This document shows, in pieces, positions 10,055-21,235 of a stretch of DNA of 64,000 nt. The notes under the pieces are model-generated. The model did no database searches. It was given only the letters and a program-made list of their open reading frames with translations, and was not told where the DNA came from. The position numbers were made by a program, and so were the translations under genes. Source of the DNA: Trichormus sp. ATA11-4-KO1 (GTDB taxonomy: Bacteria > Cyanobacteriota > Cyanobacteriia > Cyanobacteriales > Nostocaceae); contig JAHHIM010000018.1 in NCBI GenBank assembly GCA_019358915.1, positions 20,809-84,808 on the forward strand. Direction: 5' to 3'. Position 1 is the stretch's first letter. Every line of letters begins with the position of its first letter.

Positions 10055-13000
10055 ATGATTCCAGTACAACTTATCCTCAAAAACTTTCTTAGTTACCGTG
10101 ATGCAACTTTAGATTTTCGTGGTTTGCACACGGCTTGTATTTGTGGTTCCAATGGTGCAGGTAAATCTTCTCTTTTAGAAGCAATTACATGGGCAATTTG
10201 GGGTGAAAGTCGTGCCGGCGTTGAAGATGATGTGATTCATTCCGGTGCCAAAGAAGTTCGAGTTGATTTCGTTTTTCAATGTAATCAGCAGAAATATCGG
10301 GTGATTCGCACACGAGTTCGCGGTGCTAGTGGTGTCCTGGAATTTCAAATAGAAACACCTTCTGGGTTTCGCGCTATCACTGGTAAAGGTGTCAGGGCAA
10401 CTCAGGATTTAATTTTAGAACACATCAAACTCGATTACGATACTTTTATTAATTCCGCTTACTTGCGTCAAGGTCGGGCAGACGAATTCATGCTCAAACG
10501 CCCCACTGAACGCAAGGAAATCTTAGCTGAGTTATTAAAACTCAATCAATATGATGAATTGGAAGAACGGGCAAAAGAATCTGCTCGCCAGTTTAAAGCT
10601 AGGGCTGAGGAGTTAGAACGTTCTTTGGAGTCGAGCAAAACCCAGCTGCAACAACGTGAAGTCACGCAAGCCCAAAGAGCAGAGTTAGAAACTGAACTTG
10701 ACCAACTGCAACAAGTCCAAGCCTTCGAGAATATTCAATTACAAAGTTTGCAAGTTGTCCAGCACCAGCGCCAAAATTGGCAACAACAACTTAACTTTGT
10801 GAGGCAACAACATCAAAATCTTACTCAAGATAGCGATCGCCTGCAACAAGAGCAGTTAGCAGTACAAAGTCAGCTCTCAGATTTAAAAACCATCTTAAAT
10901 CAGGAAACTGAGATCAAAAATGGCTACACTCAGTATCAAAGTCTGCAATCTCAAGAAGAAGCTTTTGCCACTAAATTTCAAGAATACACCCGATCTACGG
11001 CGCTGCGTCAACAAAAGCAACAGCAATTAACTAGCCAAATTCACGAACTCGAAAGGCAATTACAACAAGTTCAAGGACAATTAGCAGCCCTAGCACAACA
11101 AGAGCAAGAAATTCAGCACACTCTCAGTAAATCTGCTGAAGTAGAAGCTGCCTTGGCACAACTTACCGCAGCTCGTCGCCGGGTGACTCAGCTAGATGAA
11201 CTGCAAATGCAGGTTTCTCCTTTATTGCAACAACGACAAAACTTGCAAAGTCAACTGGATCGAGTTCATGCTGGTTTAGTAGCACGACTCGAACAGTTAC
11301 AAGCTACAGAAAATCAACTCCAACGCTCCTCACGTCGTCAACCGCAACTGCAACAAGCAGTAATGGATGTGGGAATACAGATTGAGCAAATGGAAAAAGA
11401 CCGAGTTTACCTGCAACGAGTCCAAGAAAAAGGGCAGGAAAGACGGCATTTTATCGAACGTTTGCAAGCTCAACAACGAGAATATGAAAGATTGTTGGGA
11501 GAACTAGAGCAAAAACTGCAAATGCTTCGCACTCCTGATGCTATTTGTCCCTTGTGTGAGCGTCCTTTAGATGAACATCACTGGAATCGGGTGGTAGATA
11601 AAACCAAGGACGAGTACAAGGATACAGAGGGGCAATTGTGGGTGTTCCGCGAACAAATGGCAGTTTCAGATCGAGAAATTCAGCTATTGAGGCAGGAATA
11701 TCGCGAAATATCCCAAAAGTTAGCACCTTATGACACCCTACGCGAACAAAGAGGACAATTAGCCGCACAACTGCAATCTACAAGTGATGCCGATCAACAA
11801 TTACAACAACTGGCTGCCGAAAAGCAACATTTAGAGCGATCGCTGCAAGCGGGTGATTACGCCCCTGACAAACAAGCCGAACTACAGCAGTTAGAACAAT
11901 ATCTGCAACAACTGAATTATAATGAGCAAGACCACGCCCTTGCTCGTAGCGAAGTAGAGCGATGGCGGTGGGCAGAAATTAAGCAAGGGCAAATTAAAGA
12001 TGCAGCCAAACGACAAGCGCAAATAGCCGCCCGCAAACCAGAATTACAAGCGACGATTGCCCAATTACAAACGAGAATTCAGCAGGATCAAACTGATTCT
12101 GAGTGTGCAAAACAAATTAGTGAACTTGAGCGTCATATTGCCGACATTGGTTATAGTTCAGAGCAACACAACAACCTGCGCGTAGCTGTACGCCAAGCCC
12201 AATCTTGGCAGTTACGTTACCAACAGCTTTTGTCAGCCCAGCAACAGTACCCCCAACTCCAGCAGCGATGGCAGGATTTAGAGGCTTCTAGAAGCGCGAG
12301 ATTAGATGAACGGCAAAAACTAGCTCACCAAATCGAAAACATTACCCAAGAGTTAGCCCAATCAGCTAATCCCACTGAGCAAATTAACGCTTTAGAGCAG
12401 CAAATTCAGGCACGCAGACGGCAACTCGATGAAAAAATAGCGAATCTGGGGCGTTTAGAACAGTTAATGCTGCAACTAGAAGCCCTGCAAATTCAGTATG
12501 ACCAACAACAGCAGCAACTACAATCTTGTAAACAAGAACAACGGGTTTATCAGGAATTAGCGCAGGCATTTGGTAAAAATGGCATCCAAGCACTGATGAT
12601 TGAAAATGTCTTGCCCCAACTAGAAGCAGAGACAAATCAACTATTGTCGCGACTGAGTGCTAATCAACTGCATGTGCAATTTATTACCCAAAAATCTGGG
12701 CGGAGTGGCAAGTCAAAGAAGAAAAACGCCAAGCTAATTGATACTCTAGATATTTTAATTGCCGATTCCAGGGGAACACGAGCTTATGAGACTTACTCTG
12801 GTGGGGAAGCATTTAGAATTAACTTTGCCATCCGTTTAGCCCTGGCGAAATTATTGGCACAACGGGCGGGTGCGGCGTTGCAATTATTGATTATAGATGA
12901 AGGCTTTGGCACACAGGATGCCGAAGGATGCGATCGCCTGATTGCGTCCATTAATGCGATCGCTGGTGACTTTGCTTGTATCCTCACAGTCACCCACATG

Positions 13001-13081
13001 CCACACCTCAAAGAAGCTTTCCAAGCCCGCATTGAGGTGAATAAAACTCAGCAAGGTTCGCAGTTAAGTTTGTCAATTTAA
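10055..13081 (+). CDS. sbcC: SbcC exonuclease subunit (Rad50-like)
   Basis: Walker A GSNGAGKS, long coiled coil, CPLC zinc hook, YSGGE signature, IIDEGFG. Confidence 0.95.
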   Translation: MIPVQLILKNFLSYRDATLDFRGLHTACICGSNGAGKSSLLEAITWAIWGESRAGVEDDVIHSGAKEVRVDFVFQCNQQKYRVIRTRVRGASGVLEFQIETPSGFRAITGKGVRATQDLILEHIKLDYDTFINSAYLRQGRADEFMLKRPTERKEILAELLKLNQYDELEERAKESARQFKARAEELERSLESSKTQLQQREVTQAQRAELETELDQLQQVQAFENIQLQSLQVVQHQRQNWQQQLNFVRQQHQNLTQDSDRLQQEQLAVQSQLSDLKTILNQETEIKNGYTQYQSLQSQEEAFATKFQEYTRSTALRQQKQQQLTSQIHELERQLQQVQGQLAALAQQEQEIQHTLSKSAEVEAALAQLTAARRRVTQLDELQMQVSPLLQQRQNLQSQLDRVHAGLVARLEQLQATENQLQRSSRRQPQLQQAVMDVGIQIEQMEKDRVYLQRVQEKGQERRHFIERLQAQQREYERLLGELEQKLQMLRTPDAICPLCERPLDEHHWNRVVDKTKDEYKDTEGQLWVFREQMAVSDREIQLLRQEYREISQKLAPYDTLREQRGQLAAQLQSTSDADQQLQQLAAEKQHLERSLQAGDYAPDKQAELQQLEQYLQQLNYNEQDHALARSEVERWRWAEIKQGQIKDAAKRQAQIAARKPELQATIAQLQTRIQQDQTDSECAKQISELERHIADIGYSSEQHNNLRVAVRQAQSWQLRYQQLLSAQQQYPQLQQRWQDLEASRSARLDERQKLAHQIENITQELAQSANPTEQINALEQQIQARRRQLDEKIANLGRLEQLMLQLEALQIQYDQQQQQLQSCKQEQRVYQELAQAFGKNGIQALMIENVLPQLEAETNQLLSRLSANQLHVQFITQKSGRSGKSKKKNAKLIDTLDILIADSRGTRAYETYSGGEAFRINFAIRLALAKLLAQRAGAALQLLIIDEGFGTQDAEGCDRLIASINAIAGDFACILTVTHMPHLKEAFQARIEVNKTQQGSQLSLSI

Positions 13082-13131
13082 TTACTATAGATGCACACCG
13101 ATAACCCTTGTCCTCTGTTCCCCATTCTGAA

Positions 13132-13599
13132 TTATTCATTAACCCGTTGAATATTACCTATTTTTACCCAACCTTCTTGTTGATTTTCTGTGCGAATTTT
13201 TTGCCAGCCTTTATCCTGGCTTTCTTCCAGGACAATAATTTCTTCATTAAAAGCCACCCCACCGATACGTTCAGCATCCGGGTTTGGTTCTGACCGTAAA
13301 CTCAAACCTTGAGACCAAGTAACACTTCCTCTGTAAGCTCCCGGTGGTAATGATTCTGTGGGCGTGGGGGTGGGAGTTGGGGTAGGTGTGGAAGTGGGCG
13401 TTGAGGTCGGTTTCGCTTCTACCTCAGTCGCTTTAGGTGCTGTACTTGGTGACGAGGGACTATCATTAGCAAAAAGAGGCCTAGCAGGTGGTATGGCAGT
13501 TCGATTCATGAAATAGAGTGCCACGGCAACACCACTACCCACTAAAACAGCGATCGCGAGGAAAACGCCTAATATAAACTTTAGTAAATTAGAAAGCAT
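13132..13599 (-). CDS. Membrane-anchored bacterial SH3 domain protein
   Basis: N-terminal TM, PT-rich linker, GLSLRSEP...WQKIR...EGWVK. Confidence 0.85.
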   Translation of the reverse strand: MLSNLLKFILGVFLAIAVLVGSGVAVALYFMNRTAIPPARPLFANDSPSSPSTAPKATEVEAKPTSTPTSTPTPTPTPTPTESLPPGAYRGSVTWSQGLSLRSEPNPDAERIGGVAFNEEIIVLEESQDKGWQKIRTENQQEGWVKIGNIQRVNE

Positions 13600-13699
13600 A
13601 GTTAAAACCTCATCACCAGTAGTCAATAGTCAATAGTAATTCATGATTAAATCCTGACTATTGACATAAGTAAAATTAATTACCTGATTATTGCATCAC

Positions 13700-13753
13700 T
13701 TAGCACTCAGCACTCAGCACTCAGCACTCAGCACTAAAAAAGGCACTCAGCAC
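13700..13753. repeat. STRR heptamer tract (CACTCAG)n
   Basis: Tandem AGCACTC units. The same family occurs reversed at about 21629-21660 and 31502-31551. Confidence 0.9.
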
Positions 13754-13764
13754 TTTGCTATACA

Positions 13765-13785
13765 TTAGCGTAGCTTCCCGAAAGC
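13765..13785 (-). repeat. 21-nt SDR5-like element inserted in a degenerate HIP1 site
   Basis: Minus strand reads GTGAT[GCTTTCGGGAAGCTACGCTAA]TGT. A similar unit (GCCTACGGCACACTACGTGAA) occurs at about 19594-19614. Confidence 0.6.
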
Positions 13786-15279
13786 ATCACTTAAGGAGCT
13801 ATGTTTTGATGCTAAACGCGCTCTTCCCGCAGCCGCCCATTCTTGCAGTTGTTGAATTTGCTCTACGGCAGTTCGCGCCAGAGGGATGATTTGGCTAGCT
13901 GCTTCTAAAATGTCGTCAGTCGTAAAATCACGGTTTTGGCTAAATCCTATGTGCATTGCTTCAATCAAAGTTTGCTCAATTTCTGCTCCAGAAAAATCGG
14001 GTGTTTCATAAGCTAACCTGTCGATGTCATAACCTTTCAAGTTATGGGGGCGCAATCTGGATAAATGAACGTTAAAAATTGCTTTTCTCTCATCTTGAGT
14101 CGGCAAACCCACAAAGAAAATTTCATCAAATCGCCCTTTACGCAACATTTCCGGCGGTAGGGCTTGGATGTCGTTAGCGGTGGACACCACAAATACAGGT
14201 GAAGTTTTTTCAGCTAACCAAGTAATAAAAGTGCCAAACACTCGGCTCGTAGTACCAGCATCACCTTTGCTACCAAGTCCCGAAAAAGCTTTATCTATTT
14301 CATCAATCCACAATACACAAGGCGCAAGGGCTTCCGCGACCTGAATCATTTGGCGAGTGCGGGATTCTGATTCACCCACTAAACCACCAAATAATCGCCC
14401 CACATCTAAGCGTAGTAGAGGTAAATGCCAGTGATGAGCGATCGCTTTTGCTGTTAAAGATTTACCTGTTCCTTGAATACCTACCAACATTAAACCACGG
14501 GGATGCGGTAATCCATACTGGCGCGCTCTTTCTGTAAACGACCCGCCTCGACGAATGAGCCAATCTTTGAGATTATCCAGTCCGCCAATATCAGAAATTT
14601 GCTCAGTGGCTGGGTAAAAGTCCAGGATTTGGGTTTGGCGGATGGTTTGGCGTTTTTCTTCCAAAACCAAGTCTACATCCTCTGGTTGTAATTCTCCATG
14701 GGAGGCGATCGCTCTCGCTAAAACCCGGCGAATCCTCTCCATCGACAGCCCTTGACAAGAGCGCACCAAGTCATCCAGAATTTTTCCAGAAAGGGAATTA
14801 TTACCAGTAGTTTGCAGTAAGCGTTCCACTTCTATTTTAATTTCTGGGGCTGCGGGTAAGGGAAACTCAACAACCGTCAAAACTTCGGTTAAATCGTCAG
14901 GAATGGCAATGCGCGGTGAGAGTAATACTAAATTTTTGGGTTGGGATTTTAGCAGTCTGGCCAAGTTGCGGAGTTTGCGAGCGATCGCTACATCTTCTAA
15001 AAAGCGATGATAATCTCTTAAAATCAACACAGCTGGTGCCGAAGCTGGTAATTTTTCCACAAATTCCAAAGCTTGCAGAGGGTTACGTTTACCAAACCCT
15101 GCATCATTGGGGTTTCCCTGGTAGCCATCGACAAAATCCCAAGTATATACTGGACGATTACCTTGATTGGCTGCTTCTTCCCGGATTGCTACTTCTACGC
15201 GCTCTTCTTCATAGGTAGGAATATAAATTAAAGGGTAGCGGGCACGTAATAATAATTTAAATTCTTCACGGAAGTTCAT
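13765..15279 (-). CDS. AAA ATPase, Ycf46 family
   Basis: [10 protein letters not shown] start, [27 protein letters not shown]. Confidence 0.9.
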   Translation of the reverse strand: MNFREEFKLLLRARYPLIYIPTYEEERVEVAIREEAANQGNRPVYTWDFVDGYQGNPNDAGFGKRNPLQALEFVEKLPASAPAVLILRDYHRFLEDVAIARKLRNLARLLKSQPKNLVLLSPRIAIPDDLTEVLTVVEFPLPAAPEIKIEVERLLQTTGNNSLSGKILDDLVRSCQGLSMERIRRVLARAIASHGELQPEDVDLVLEEKRQTIRQTQILDFYPATEQISDIGGLDNLKDWLIRRGGSFTERARQYGLPHPRGLMLVGIQGTGKSLTAKAIAHHWHLPLLRLDVGRLFGGLVGESESRTRQMIQVAEALAPCVLWIDEIDKAFSGLGSKGDAGTTSRVFGTFITWLAEKTSPVFVVSTANDIQALPPEMLRKGRFDEIFFVGLPTQDERKAIFNVHLSRLRPHNLKGYDIDRLAYETPDFSGAEIEQTLIEAMHIGFSQNRDFTTDDILEAASQIIPLARTAVEQIQQLQEWAAAGRARLASKHSSLSDAFGKLR

Positions 15280-15295
15280 GCATGGACTCCAATTT

Positions 15296-15330
15296 GTAAT
15301 TCGTAATTCGTAATTCGTAATTCGTAATTC
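15296..15330. repeat. STRR heptamer tract (TAATTCG)n
   Basis: Five tandem GTAATTC units. Confidence 0.9.
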
Positions 15331-15530
15331 AGAATGACATGTTAAGTGTAATTATCCTGCTTACTCCCTACTCTCCACCTTTTAAGAGTAGTTTTTGAGA
15401 ATAATGAAAATAATTAAGTATTTTCTCAATTGTTTAACGTGGTTTATTTATTTCAACGTGAATTCCCCCGTCCCTTCTTCTGGGAAGGTGATCGCATTTT
15501 TAACTCAAATACCAGGGAGCGATCGCTTTG

Positions 15531-16325
15531 TCATAAACTATCTGGGTCAATACCCAATTCTCGCAGTTTTGTTGCTAAACGTTCAGCGCGTTGTATTTCT
15601 TGTTCAGCACGCTGTCTTTCTTGTTCAGCGCGTTGTATTTCTTGTTCAGCACGCTGTCTTTCTTGTTCAGCACGTTGCATTTCTTGTTCAGCGCGTTTCC
15701 CTTCCCACTGTGCGATTTCTTCAGGTGTAGGCATTAATTGTCCTTCCGCAGTGAAATAACGCAACTGATTTTCATGCACACCCAAGTATAAACTTAACTG
15801 CTGACTCCACAATAAACCTTGAGGGTTAGGTTCTATGGGTTGATATGTGCCACCAACTAAAATAAACCCAGCAAATTCTAAATTCTTGGGGTCAAACCAA
15901 AAGTATTCGGGAGTACGGAAGATATCTTGGTAAATTTGTTTTTTTAAACCTTTGTCAGTGGCTGCTGTGGATTTTGAAAGCAGTTCTATAATCAAATTGG
16001 GATATTTGCCATCCTCTTCCCACACAACCCAACTGTCACGGGGTTTGCGTTCAGTATCTCGCACAATAAAAAAATCTGGACCGCGAAAATCTTCTATCTT
16101 ACGCTGACGAGGGCTGTAATAGATACTGAGATTACCAGCAGCAAAAAAATCATCATGGTCTCGCCACCACCATTCAAGACATTTGATTAATAGCAGCATT
16201 TGCTGCAAATGTAGAGATGTTTCCAAGGGCGGTTCGTTACTTTCTAAATTCCCTGGTGGAAATATTACATCTTTTGGTGGTTCAAAGTCTTTAGCGACAG
16301 ACATGGCTGCAAGTGTTGGGGTCAT
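15531..16325 (-). CDS. Uma2 family (DUF820) endonuclease-like protein with repeat tail
   Basis: FRGPDFF, ELLSKST, EYFWFDP, and a C-terminal (RAEQExQ)n ending LRELGIDP. Confidence 0.92.
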   Translation of the reverse strand: MTPTLAAMSVAKDFEPPKDVIFPPGNLESNEPPLETSLHLQQMLLLIKCLEWWWRDHDDFFAAGNLSIYYSPRQRKIEDFRGPDFFIVRDTERKPRDSWVVWEEDGKYPNLIIELLSKSTAATDKGLKKQIYQDIFRTPEYFWFDPKNLEFAGFILVGGTYQPIEPNPQGLLWSQQLSLYLGVHENQLRYFTAEGQLMPTPEEIAQWEGKRAEQEMQRAEQERQRAEQEIQRAEQERQRAEQEIQRAERLATKLRELGIDPDSL

Positions 16326-16335
16326 ATACCTTATA

Positions 16336-17175
16336 CTACAATCCTACAACCTGCGGATGTTCTGCCAACCAACTATCAATATCACCCAACACCTGTTGGG
16401 GAATCTCCCACGGAAATAAATGCGCGGTATGAGGATAACAATGCCACTGGCTATTTTTCAGGTGTCGGGCAGTTTCTAAGCTAGACTCAGCCGTGATGTG
16501 GCGGTCTTCTTTCCCCGCAAGTACCAGACTAGGGCAGTGAATTTGCTGTAAATCTGTGAGTCGATTGTAACCAGATTTGAGGGCAGTATAGAGAGCGCGA
16601 GTTGCCGGAGGCGAGGTTTGTAAATAAGCTTGTACTGCTTCTTGGGCAATATAATTATAGGCTGTGGACGTATGTTGTTGGATTAAATAACGAAACAGCG
16701 ATCGCTTGCCAAAAGTCTCTATATTCCACTGCCAACTCGGTTGGAGATAATTCAAAATCCCGGCAACACCAGTATATAAATTATCTTGCCAAGTCACGGA
16801 GGGATGATTTCCCTGGGGTCTGGCTGCTGTCGCCACCAAAATTAAACCAGTAACGCGCTGTGGTAGTCGCAAAGCCATTTCCATTGCCAAAATCCCACCA
16901 AGCGACCATCCTAAGATGAGGCATTTTTCCATACCAAAGCGGTCTAGCAAAGCTTCTAAGTCGGTTAAATGGTCAGACATCTCAAAATTGACCTTGCAGC
17001 GACTTTTGCCATATCCACGCAAATCTGGGGCAAAAGTTTGGTAACGCTTTGCTAGGTGATTGGTAAAAACAGAAAGATTACGACCAGATCCAGGATGACC
17101 ATGTAAGCCCAAAATAGGGAATCCTTGACCTTGGATGTAAGTGTTGAGGTTTGCAGCTGTCGTAGAAGAAGACAT
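16336..17175 (-). CDS. Alpha/beta hydrolase
   Basis: LHGHPG, DLRGYG, nucleophile elbow GWSLGG, AHLFPWE. Start placed at MSSSTT. Confidence 0.9.
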   Translation of the reverse strand: MSSSTTAANLNTYIQGQGFPILGLHGHPGSGRNLSVFTNHLAKRYQTFAPDLRGYGKSRCKVNFEMSDHLTDLEALLDRFGMEKCLILGWSLGGILAMEMALRLPQRVTGLILVATAARPQGNHPSVTWQDNLYTGVAGILNYLQPSWQWNIETFGKRSLFRYLIQQHTSTAYNYIAQEAVQAYLQTSPPATRALYTALKSGYNRLTDLQQIHCPSLVLAGKEDRHITAESSLETARHLKNSQWHCYPHTAHLFPWEIPQQVLGDIDSWLAEHPQVVGL

Positions 17176-17248
17176 GATTGTCGGTTTTTTGATCAATATA
17201 GTGTTCAGGTGACAGAGGACAAGAAGACAAGGAAACAAGGGGAGATTA

Positions 17249-17923
17249 CTAATATGAGTTGTCCCCCCATCCCCCCTGCTCCCCTGCTCCCCTGCTCCCC
17301 ATTTTCTCGACATATCCACCAGCATAAGTAATCACACACATCTGCCTGTATCTGGCATGAATTCCAAAGGCCACGCCAGCGACTTTAAAACCAGAGTTAA
17401 ATATATTGTGGCGATGACCGCGTGACGGTACGCCGTCATCAATAATTAACTGCATGATGATATCTTGGGCTGTGCTAGAACCATAGCTGATGTTTTCGCC
17501 TGCGGTGATTTGCCATTTCCCATAACGGCTGATACGAGTAAACGGATCACTGCCATCACTACCGGAATGACCTGTAATACCTTTTGTACCTTGGTCTTTG
17601 ACGTGATCTCTAGCGGCTAAAGACATGCCTGTAGATACATTCAATGCTCCCACAGGAGGAGCTAACTTGAGAAAAGCGATCGCCTCATCAACTGCTTTCA
17701 CTCCTTCCTGAGTTTGCAAATAAACATAATCAGATATTTTGACTTGTTGGCCTTGGAATTGCCTTTTCCATTGTTCCAGAATCGGTAGGTATGTAGTTGG
17801 ATTGATTCGCACCTGATTCATTTCTGCTATTATCTGTTTTTCCAACTGCGAGAGGATATTTCCCTGTGCTAAATTCTCAGTACCTGGTTGAGAAATTATC
17901 GGCAATAATTTCCAAAGATTCAT
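17249..17923 (-). CDS. CAP/SCP domain protein
   Basis: [32 protein letters not shown]. Confidence 0.9.
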   Translation of the reverse strand: MNLWKLLPIISQPGTENLAQGNILSQLEKQIIAEMNQVRINPTTYLPILEQWKRQFQGQQVKISDYVYLQTQEGVKAVDEAIAFLKLAPPVGALNVSTGMSLAARDHVKDQGTKGITGHSGSDGSDPFTRISRYGKWQITAGENISYGSSTAQDIIMQLIIDDGVPSRGHRHNIFNSGFKVAGVAFGIHARYRQMCVITYAGGYVEKMGSRGAGEQGGWGDNSY

Positions 17924-18205
17924 CAATAACCTCACAAATTAGGAGCGCACATTCAATATATATAGGCTCCACAGGAAAGGTAAAAGTTTTCGTAACCACC
18001 GACAGTTAATTTTTGGGCAAGTGTGTTTAAGTAAGTGCGATCGCTAAAAGCTACAAGGTAGCAAGGATAGAAATATTAATTTCATCCATAACAGTAAAAT
18101 CACTAACTTACAGTTACTTTAGTTACAAAAAAACAACTACAAGCCATGTGCTTTTTGGTTTAAATTCTGTAAAATCGAAATCTAAATTACAAAATCAAAA
18201 ATTGT

Positions 18206-18736
18206 ATGATGCGTTGGCTAAGTTTACTCCCGATGCTGCTGAGTATTTTACTCATGGGCTGCTCTATGCAGACAACCGCTAAATCTTCCTTAAACACCCC
18301 AAGTTCTCAAGCTCAAACACCAGAAAACCTTGGTCAAATACTACCGATTTCTGCGGAGGCAATTGTTCCTAATGGTACTAAGATTCAATTGGAAGTGGCA
18401 CGCACACCGGAACAGCAAGCAAAGGGCTTGATGTATCGAGCGGCTTTACCTAATAATCGCGGGATGTTATTCCCATTCCCTTCTGCACAACCAGTGAGAT
18501 TTTGGATGAAAAATGTCCCGGTTCCTTTAGATATGGTCTTTTTACAAAATGGGGTTGTGAAGTATATTCAGGCTTCTGCACCTCCTTGCGCTAGTGAGCC
18601 TTGTCCAACTTATGGGCCTGATGTACCCATTGACACGGTGATTGAACTGCGTTCTGGAAGAGCTGCCGAATTAAATTTACAATCAGGCGATCGCGTCAAA
18701 ATTGAGTTTCTAGAAACGGGATATTTACGGAAATAA
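18206..18736 (+). CDS. DUF192 family lipoprotein
   Basis: Lipobox LMGC, GLMYR, GMLF, FWMKN. Confidence 0.9.
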   Translation: MMRWLSLLPMLLSILLMGCSMQTTAKSSLNTPSSQAQTPENLGQILPISAEAIVPNGTKIQLEVARTPEQQAKGLMYRAALPNNRGMLFPFPSAQPVRFWMKNVPVPLDMVFLQNGVVKYIQASAPPCASEPCPTYGPDVPIDTVIELRSGRAAELNLQSGDRVKIEFLETGYLRK

Positions 18737-19258
18737 ACATTCGCTTGCCCTATGCAGTAAGCTGCGGCAAATGCTGAATTAATGAGCTTTCTGTAAAAAA
18801 ACTATCAAGTAGGTATAAAAAAGTAAATTGTCCGGCTACTATTTATTATGATGTCAAGCATAGGAAAATTTGCAGTTTCAAGGTACAATCACATTTCCAC
18901 AGTTTAACCGCCAAAAATCTGCCTTTTGGCGTAAGTGTAAACAGATGCTCATAGGAGAGTATTAGCTATGGAATCTTCGTTACTGGATGTGTAATTCATT
19001 TAAACACCATACTAAAAAGGGTAAAAACAATTTAACCTGAGTAGTCTGTTGTTTAAGAATTGAGCAGATAAGTGGTGTTATCAAGTCAAGATTTCCGAAT
19101 TTTCTCGATGAAAGCGGTTTATTTGAGAAATTTTAGACAAATCTGTTGAAGTGTTTATCCGGTAATCACCAGTTAGCAATGAAATATTAGCTGCGGGCTA
19201 CTGAGAAATGGTAAAGCGATATATGACAATACATTCAATACAAGGAGGTGAGTTACAA

Positions 19259-19450
19259 ATGTCACCATCAACATATTCTCGACTAATTCATTTTTTACAG
19301 GAAGATTTGGCAATTTCTACGGCATCACTGGCCGTTGCCCTGCGGCATCGGGAGCAAGATCCAGGGCCGTTACCAATGATTCTTTGGCAATATGGGTTGA
19401 TTACTTTAGAACAGTTAGAACAAATTTATGATTGGCTAGAGACGGCGTAG
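19259..19450 (+). CDS. DUF2949 small protein
   Basis: GPLPMILWQYGLITLEQLEQIYDWL, with an AGGAGG RBS upstream. Confidence 0.85.
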   Translation: MSPSTYSRLIHFLQEDLAISTASLAVALRHREQDPGPLPMILWQYGLITLEQLEQIYDWLETA

Positions 19451-19892
19451 TATAGTTATGGATGGTGTTCGCCTAATGTTTCGTCAAGTCTTTGAGACAT
19501 AGATTTTAGAACCTCTGGTACACTATGGCTTTAAACGCAGCCATGCCCGTAAAGCTTTACACCACGCTCAACGAACACGCTAGCAGAGCTTATGCCTACG
19601 GCACACTACGTGAAAGCTTTAACGATATGTTTACCATGTGGTGTACTCGACAGAAAAAAAGAAAGAGTTATCGGTAATCGCTTTTTTTTGGCGCTCGGTC
19701 TGGCATAATCAAACTTCTAACTAGTAACAGCATAAGAAAGGGGATAAGTGACAGGCTTCGCCATGAGGCTTCAACGGTGACAGAATGGGAATACAGCGAT
19801 TTCATTCGTGTAGAAAAATGGCGAAATATTTATGCTTAGGTACTTAGATCAGAAAATTGATTGTCACGGTTTCTATTCATTTACAGACAAAA

Positions 19893-19923
19893 CAAAAAAG
19901 CGAGTTAATTAACTCGCTTTTTT
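19893..19923. terminator. Bidirectional intrinsic terminator
   Basis: AAAAAAGCGAGTTAATTAACTCGCTTTTTT, located 3' of the aminotransferase gene. Confidence 0.7.
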
Positions 19924-19957
19924 AATTTTGAGTAGCACAACAATACTCAGGAAGCAT

Positions 19958-21112
19958 TCAGGACTGACTAAAAACTCTAGCTGCTGCCGCTATACCAGCA
20001 CCAGGAGTGAAGTTTTCGTGGCCAAGTTCACAAAGAATCACTTCTAGGGATGCTATGCAACTAAGAATATCGCGATCGCTAACAAAGCCCAAGTGCCCTA
20101 TGCGGAAAATTTTATTTTTCAGATGGTCTTGACCGCCTGCTAAAGCAATATCAAAACGCTTGTTCATCAATGACCGAATTTTATCCGCTTCTACGCCTTG
20201 TGGTGCTACAGCCGTAATCGCCGGACTAGCGTAATCATCTGAGCCAAATAATGGTAAATTCAAACCTCGAACAGCAGCACGGGTAGCGTTCTTGAGTCTT
20301 TGGTGGCGGGCAAATATTGACTCCAAGCCTTCCGCTTTCATCATCCGCAATGTGGTGTGTAAAGCCACAATCAAGTTTACGGGTGGAGTAAATGGGGTAG
20401 TATTTTTGGCTGTAGATTTGCGATATTTACCTAAATCTAAATAATACTTTGGTAATTTCGCCGTTTTGTAAGCTTCCCAAGCTTTGGGACTAACAGAAAC
20501 AAATCCCAAACCAGGCGGAATCATATAGCCTTTTTGGGAACCAGAAGCGACTACATCCAAACCCCAGGTATCTATGGGCAAATTGAATGCACCCAAGCTA
20601 GTGACTGCATCAACAATAATTAAAGCTTCACCATGCTCCTTGACGTGGCGGTTAATGGTTTCTAAGTCATTCAACACACCCGTTGAGGTTTCGCTGTGGG
20701 TAATAATGACGGCTTTAATTTGCTTTTGGCTGTCCGCTTGTAATTTTTCGGCAAACAGCGTCGTGTCTAAGGGTTTACCCCATTCGGCAGTGATGGCTTC
20801 TACATGCAAACCATAGGCTTGACCAATTTCTACCCAGCGTTCACCAAACTTACCATTAGAGCCAACTAAAATGCGATCGCCTGGAGAAAGAAAATTAATT
20901 ATTCCGGCTTCCACCGCACCCGTACCACTGACATTCAGCATTAAAACATCGCTTTGAGTTTGGTGCAACCATTTGAGGTTTTCTGTTACCTCAGCCATGA
21001 TGTTGCTAAATTCACTGGTGCGATGTCCAATTGGGTGCTTGGCTAATGCCAGTAAAGCGGCTTCTGGCACCGGCGTTGGGCCAGGAATCATGAGCATCAG
21101 CTTATTGTCCAT
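19958..21112 (-). CDS. Class V PLP aminotransferase (alanine/serine-glyoxylate or phosphoserine aminotransferase type)
   Basis: MIPGPTP, HSETSTG, DAVTS, GSQKGYMIPPG (PLP lysine), FRIGHLG. Confidence 0.93.
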   Translation of the reverse strand: MDNKLMLMIPGPTPVPEAALLALAKHPIGHRTSEFSNIMAEVTENLKWLHQTQSDVLMLNVSGTGAVEAGIINFLSPGDRILVGSNGKFGERWVEIGQAYGLHVEAITAEWGKPLDTTLFAEKLQADSQKQIKAVIITHSETSTGVLNDLETINRHVKEHGEALIIVDAVTSLGAFNLPIDTWGLDVVASGSQKGYMIPPGLGFVSVSPKAWEAYKTAKLPKYYLDLGKYRKSTAKNTTPFTPPVNLIVALHTTLRMMKAEGLESIFARHQRLKNATRAAVRGLNLPLFGSDDYASPAITAVAPQGVEADKIRSLMNKRFDIALAGGQDHLKNKIFRIGHLGFVSDRDILSCIASLEVILCELGHENFTPGAGIAAAARVFSQS

Positions 21113-21235
21113 TTGTTTGTCCTAAAATCAAATAAAAGTTAAATGTGTAGGGGATAGTTAAATCCTGGTGGCAAATTCTAGCTAGATATTCACCTGCATC
21201 TACATCTAAAAATAAAGGATCTAGCCCTGGCGATG

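Noticed and set aside
10055..13081. sbcC without sbcD, and nurA (49617-50792) without herA, as defence systems
   Set aside because: Both sit in housekeeping context with HIP1 sites; unlinked partners are usual in cyanobacteria.
15395..15759. Repetitive plus-strand ORFs (SARCISC / VFLVQ repeats) resembling RiPP precursors
   Set aside because: They are the antisense reading of the Uma2 21-nt repeat tail, and no modification enzymes are nearby.
17176..17325. N-terminal extension of the hydrolase ORF overlapping the CAP gene
   Set aside because: It is read-through of GGGGAGCA-type repeats; the real start is more likely 17175.
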